DNA from: Psilocybe cubensis
Lineage: Eukaryota
Reading direction: 5' to 3'
Assembly: GCA_017499595.2 (NCBI GenBank)
Contig: CM039006.1
Coordinates: 2,604,001-2,668,000, forward strand
Length of the DNA: 64,000 bases
A program made the position numbers and the translations under genes. The notes under the pieces were generated by a model. It was not told where the DNA came from and searched no databases. It saw only the letters and a list, made by a program, of their open reading frames with translations. Below, one piece after another: positions 60,842-64,000 of this stretch. Numbering within the stretch: the stretch's first letter is position 1; every line of letters starts with the position of its first letter.

Positions 60842-61539
60842 GGGTATTCCTAGTGGTATTAGATGTGATAGTAAGTGGACCAAGGATATATTTCCTGAGA
60901 GTTCGCTGCGAAGGTGGTGGCCCAGGAGAAAGAAACGAGGACGATAACACGCCGCCGACACACGATGCGCCGCGTGTTGATCTGACGTCGTAGTGGCTAT
61001 ACTTCCCATCACACAGTGCCGGCACATCATATTCTGTAAAATAAAAAGGAGTTTACAGTCTTACACTCAAATTGATACCCGGTATGTTAAAATTAAGAAG
61101 GTCTGCAGGTTCTGGACTTATAAAAACTAAAAAGCGACCTTCAAGTTGCGCTCATACAAAAACGTGCAGGACGAGTGGTATCCCTAACAGCTTTTTGCGA
61201 CTGCCAAACTCTTCTGGATAACCCAAGAACAACCTCACCACGCTGTAAAGGATGAGGTTTATGGCACAGTCATCAATGATCTCATTGAGCGTAATATCTA
61301 ATTCCTAAATTTTTTGTAGTAAAATTCCGACTAATTGGCGTCGTTGAGGTGGGGCGTCACGGTTGTATTAAATTCTTTACAGTTCAATTGGCGCAAGACT
61401 CGGAGGAGGGCGCTGTGAGCCATCCTTACACCGGACTACTTTTACTGAGGGAGCAATCTCCGACGACAATCAAAGTGACCTTGCGGTTTAAGGCTTCAAG
61501 GTTGATCAGCTTCCAGGGAACGCGAACATATATACTTGC

Positions 61540-62779
61540 TCAGACATTAGACAATCTCGATTTATTCTCCGAGATAAGCTCTCCTTTGGGTGTTTGGAAC
61601 TTCAATGTCGTAATCTTGCGCGATTTCGACCAAATGATCGATGTGTCTGCAGCCAGGCAGACTCGAGCAACCATAATCGTAGGTGCAATACCCTGGAGTA
61701 GATGCCTCAGTTTATTTTTCTCATGGTTGATAGGTCACTGACCGCAATTGGGGTGAGAATTGCCGACGAGTAGTCCTGCAGGGCGGTTAACTGGGGCCTT
61801 GAGCCGTCATTTGGAATGACAACGGATATGGCTTGTAGGATAATGGCCAGAGAGTACACTGCCACGGATTGTATCATGATCTCAAGAATATTCTTGAACC
61901 GTCCAGTCGAGTCTGGTGCACCTTCCTTGGCTACAGCCTTGACTCTGGATCCGATGAGGATTGTGGCTGTCAGACTCGTCGCTGCGGAAAGAAAATATCC
62001 CGAGGACTGCAGGTTATTTGGGAGCATCGAATCTGACGGTCGCGAATGTGCACTCATAACGAAAAGGGTGATTAACGCGGCGACGAAAATTCCTACGAAA
62101 AATTCATCTGAGGAAAGCACGCAAAAACCTTGAGAATATGTAACCGACCAAGCTCCCCAATATACAGCATGAACGGTAACAAGATAGTACGATATGATCT
62201 GTTCCATACGTGAAAGCATCTCCATATCTAGGGGTAGATTACACCAATAGTTTATCTTCAGAGAACTGCACAGCTTACCTTGAGCCCGTCAGATATTAGG
62301 AGCATACCAAATACAAACATGTTCTTGACGGAGAGGATCCAGCGTGGAACAGTGTACAGAGAAGCAAACACAGTTTGCCTCGTATCCCCATTCTTCAAAA
62401 AGTACCACTGCAAAAGAGCCCAATTGAACCCCAGGCCCACAACGGCGAAGACATACAGCATGGTAATGGCGCTCATGACCACTCTTCCCCGGGATATTTT
62501 ACTAGTCACTACCAGGAGATTAACAATCGTCCATAGTCCTCTCGTGAACACACAGTGGACTCACCACAAACGTAAAGCGTCCCGAAATAAACGATCGTAT
62601 ACATGCCTATGACACAATGTGCATTAGAGAACAAGATTATATGCAGGTTTTGGGAAGAAAACCTTTAACCTACCCAGCATGAAAATGGCCAAAACCAAAG
62701 AGTTCAATCGCGATGCAACCTCCGCATATTGGATGGACTCCATGTCTGACGGTTTTGGCACCTGTGCCAGTGTTGACAT
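61540..62779 (-). CDS. Hypothetical multi-pass membrane protein (multi-exon)
   Basis: RLNSLVLAIFMLG|MYTIVYFGTLY; LLISDGL; SAATSLTATILIGSRV; ILEIMIQSVAVYSL; GIAPTIMVARV. Confidence 0.7.
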
Positions 62780-63272
62780 CGATGCGTGGTGGACTGCGGG
62801 AGCACCATCAAATCCAAGCGTGGTGGCATCTTATATCAAGTCCAAGTCATTCCGGGGACTCAGAACATGTGAACTTTACTATAGAGACAAACACTCGATG
62901 TCAATCTTTAATCTACCGAGCTCACTGATAAGATGACGACGGCCCGCAAATTCTTTGATCACAAGCTCGTCGCTGTCCATTAGATCGCAGTAATCCCCCA
63001 CATTCTATTGGTCGATACTTTGGAGTCAAATGGATCAGTGCCGTTTACGTTGATGCAGATCATTGATTGACAACGTTACCAGTTTGTTTAACTCAAGGGG
63101 TCGGCGCTGATGTCACATTGTAGATGTGTAATATTAATAACACAACGAGATTCTGTTCACAAAGCACAGTAGATGTGTATCCAAAAAGCCGACAGATTGA
63201 TTGGTGAAAATGTAAACAATACTATCAGGATTCAGGTACGATCCCATTATTACTATCACTTCCACTCCAGGC

Positions 63273-64000
63273 CTACAGAGTTAACGTCTGCGCGGACTTG
63301 AGCACGGCAGCCTCAGGAATGAGGATAGCCCACTCTCCGTTGAGATCAGGAACAGTGAGCGTCCACTCTTTCTCTTCCTCCTCAAACTCGAACTCAGCCT
63401 TGAGGACGGCGAGGTCAGTGATGAACTGGTTGGTGGCGGTATCAAGCTTCCCGATAACACCTTGCTTGACATCAGCGGCGGCGAGTACGGCATCGGAATA
63501 GAAATAGTCGATTTTGACGAGGTCGTTAGCTGCGGTCTTGCTGGCAGTCGAGACTTGGTAGGTGACGGGGTCAACGAAAAGGAATCCCTTGGGAGGAGCA
63601 ACAGGGGTCTTGTTGGTCTTCACCGTGATAGCGTTAGCAAGAGTAGCATTGATTTCAACCTCGAAGGCACCAGCCGCCTACATCAAAAGTTCTGAGTTAA
63701 TAAACTTGAACGCATTTCGATTCTCTGGACTTACGTTGGCGGGGTAGATAATGTCGGTCTTTCTGTTACCAGCAGGAGTAGCGATAGCAGCGTCAAAGGC
63801 TCCTGTAATTTCGTCTTCATCTGGTAATGGGGATATATCAACGGCCCGTGGAAATAGACAGTGGATGCTACTCACCCTTCTTACCCTCAGCAGCCGCTGT
63901 GGTTGAAGCTGCAGGCGCAGCAGCGGAAGTGGAAGAGGCAGAGGCGGAAACAGAGGAAGAGGCGGATGCTGCCGTCGAGGAGGCTGCGGGATTCGCAACC
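63273..64000 (-). CDS. 3' part of a hypothetical protein continuing beyond the window
   Basis: Ala/Ser-rich linker, then DEITGAFDAAIATPAGNRKTDIIYPAN|AAGAFEVEINAT...FLFVDPVTYQV...KIDY...GKLD...EFEFEEEEKEWTLTVPDLNGEWAILIP. Strong codon bias. Confidence 0.7.

Overview
Intron-rich fungal DNA, most likely an agaricomycete mushroom, judging by ~50-60 nt GT-AG introns and the gene families present. The left half holds two mobile elements. (1) A young, full-length Ty1/copia LTR retrotransposon (2561-7796, minus strand) with 280-bp LTRs and an ATCAG target duplication, inserted into an intron of one of two tandem membrane-protein paralogues. (2) A ~14.1-kb multi-gene DNA transposon (~13445-27575) built around an apparently intact CxC2/KDZ (Kyakuja-Dileera-Zisupton) transposase. 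Its ends can be delimited from the sequence: inverted arrays of a TTGTCNATCA motif, an inverted TACAGT core near each terminus, and a host promoter split by the insertion. It carries about five more genes, including an Ala-rich protein ending in an RNase H1 N-terminal-like domain and a large HMG-like protein. This element is the best candidate for an undescribed system. Host genes include cytosolic SHMT, two pairs of small secreted Cys-rich proteins, and the divergent Fet3/Ftr1 iron-uptake pair with ATCWGATAA boxes. Also present are a neighbouring P-loop tail-anchored protein with the same boxes, a P450, two DUF6533-like membrane proteins, an atypical hydrophobin, a peroxisomal acyl-CoA ligase, an intron-containing tRNA-Ala(AGC) with a duplicated 3' fragment, a GNAT, and several hypotheticals. 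Exon structures were inferred by eye, so some gene ends are approximate.
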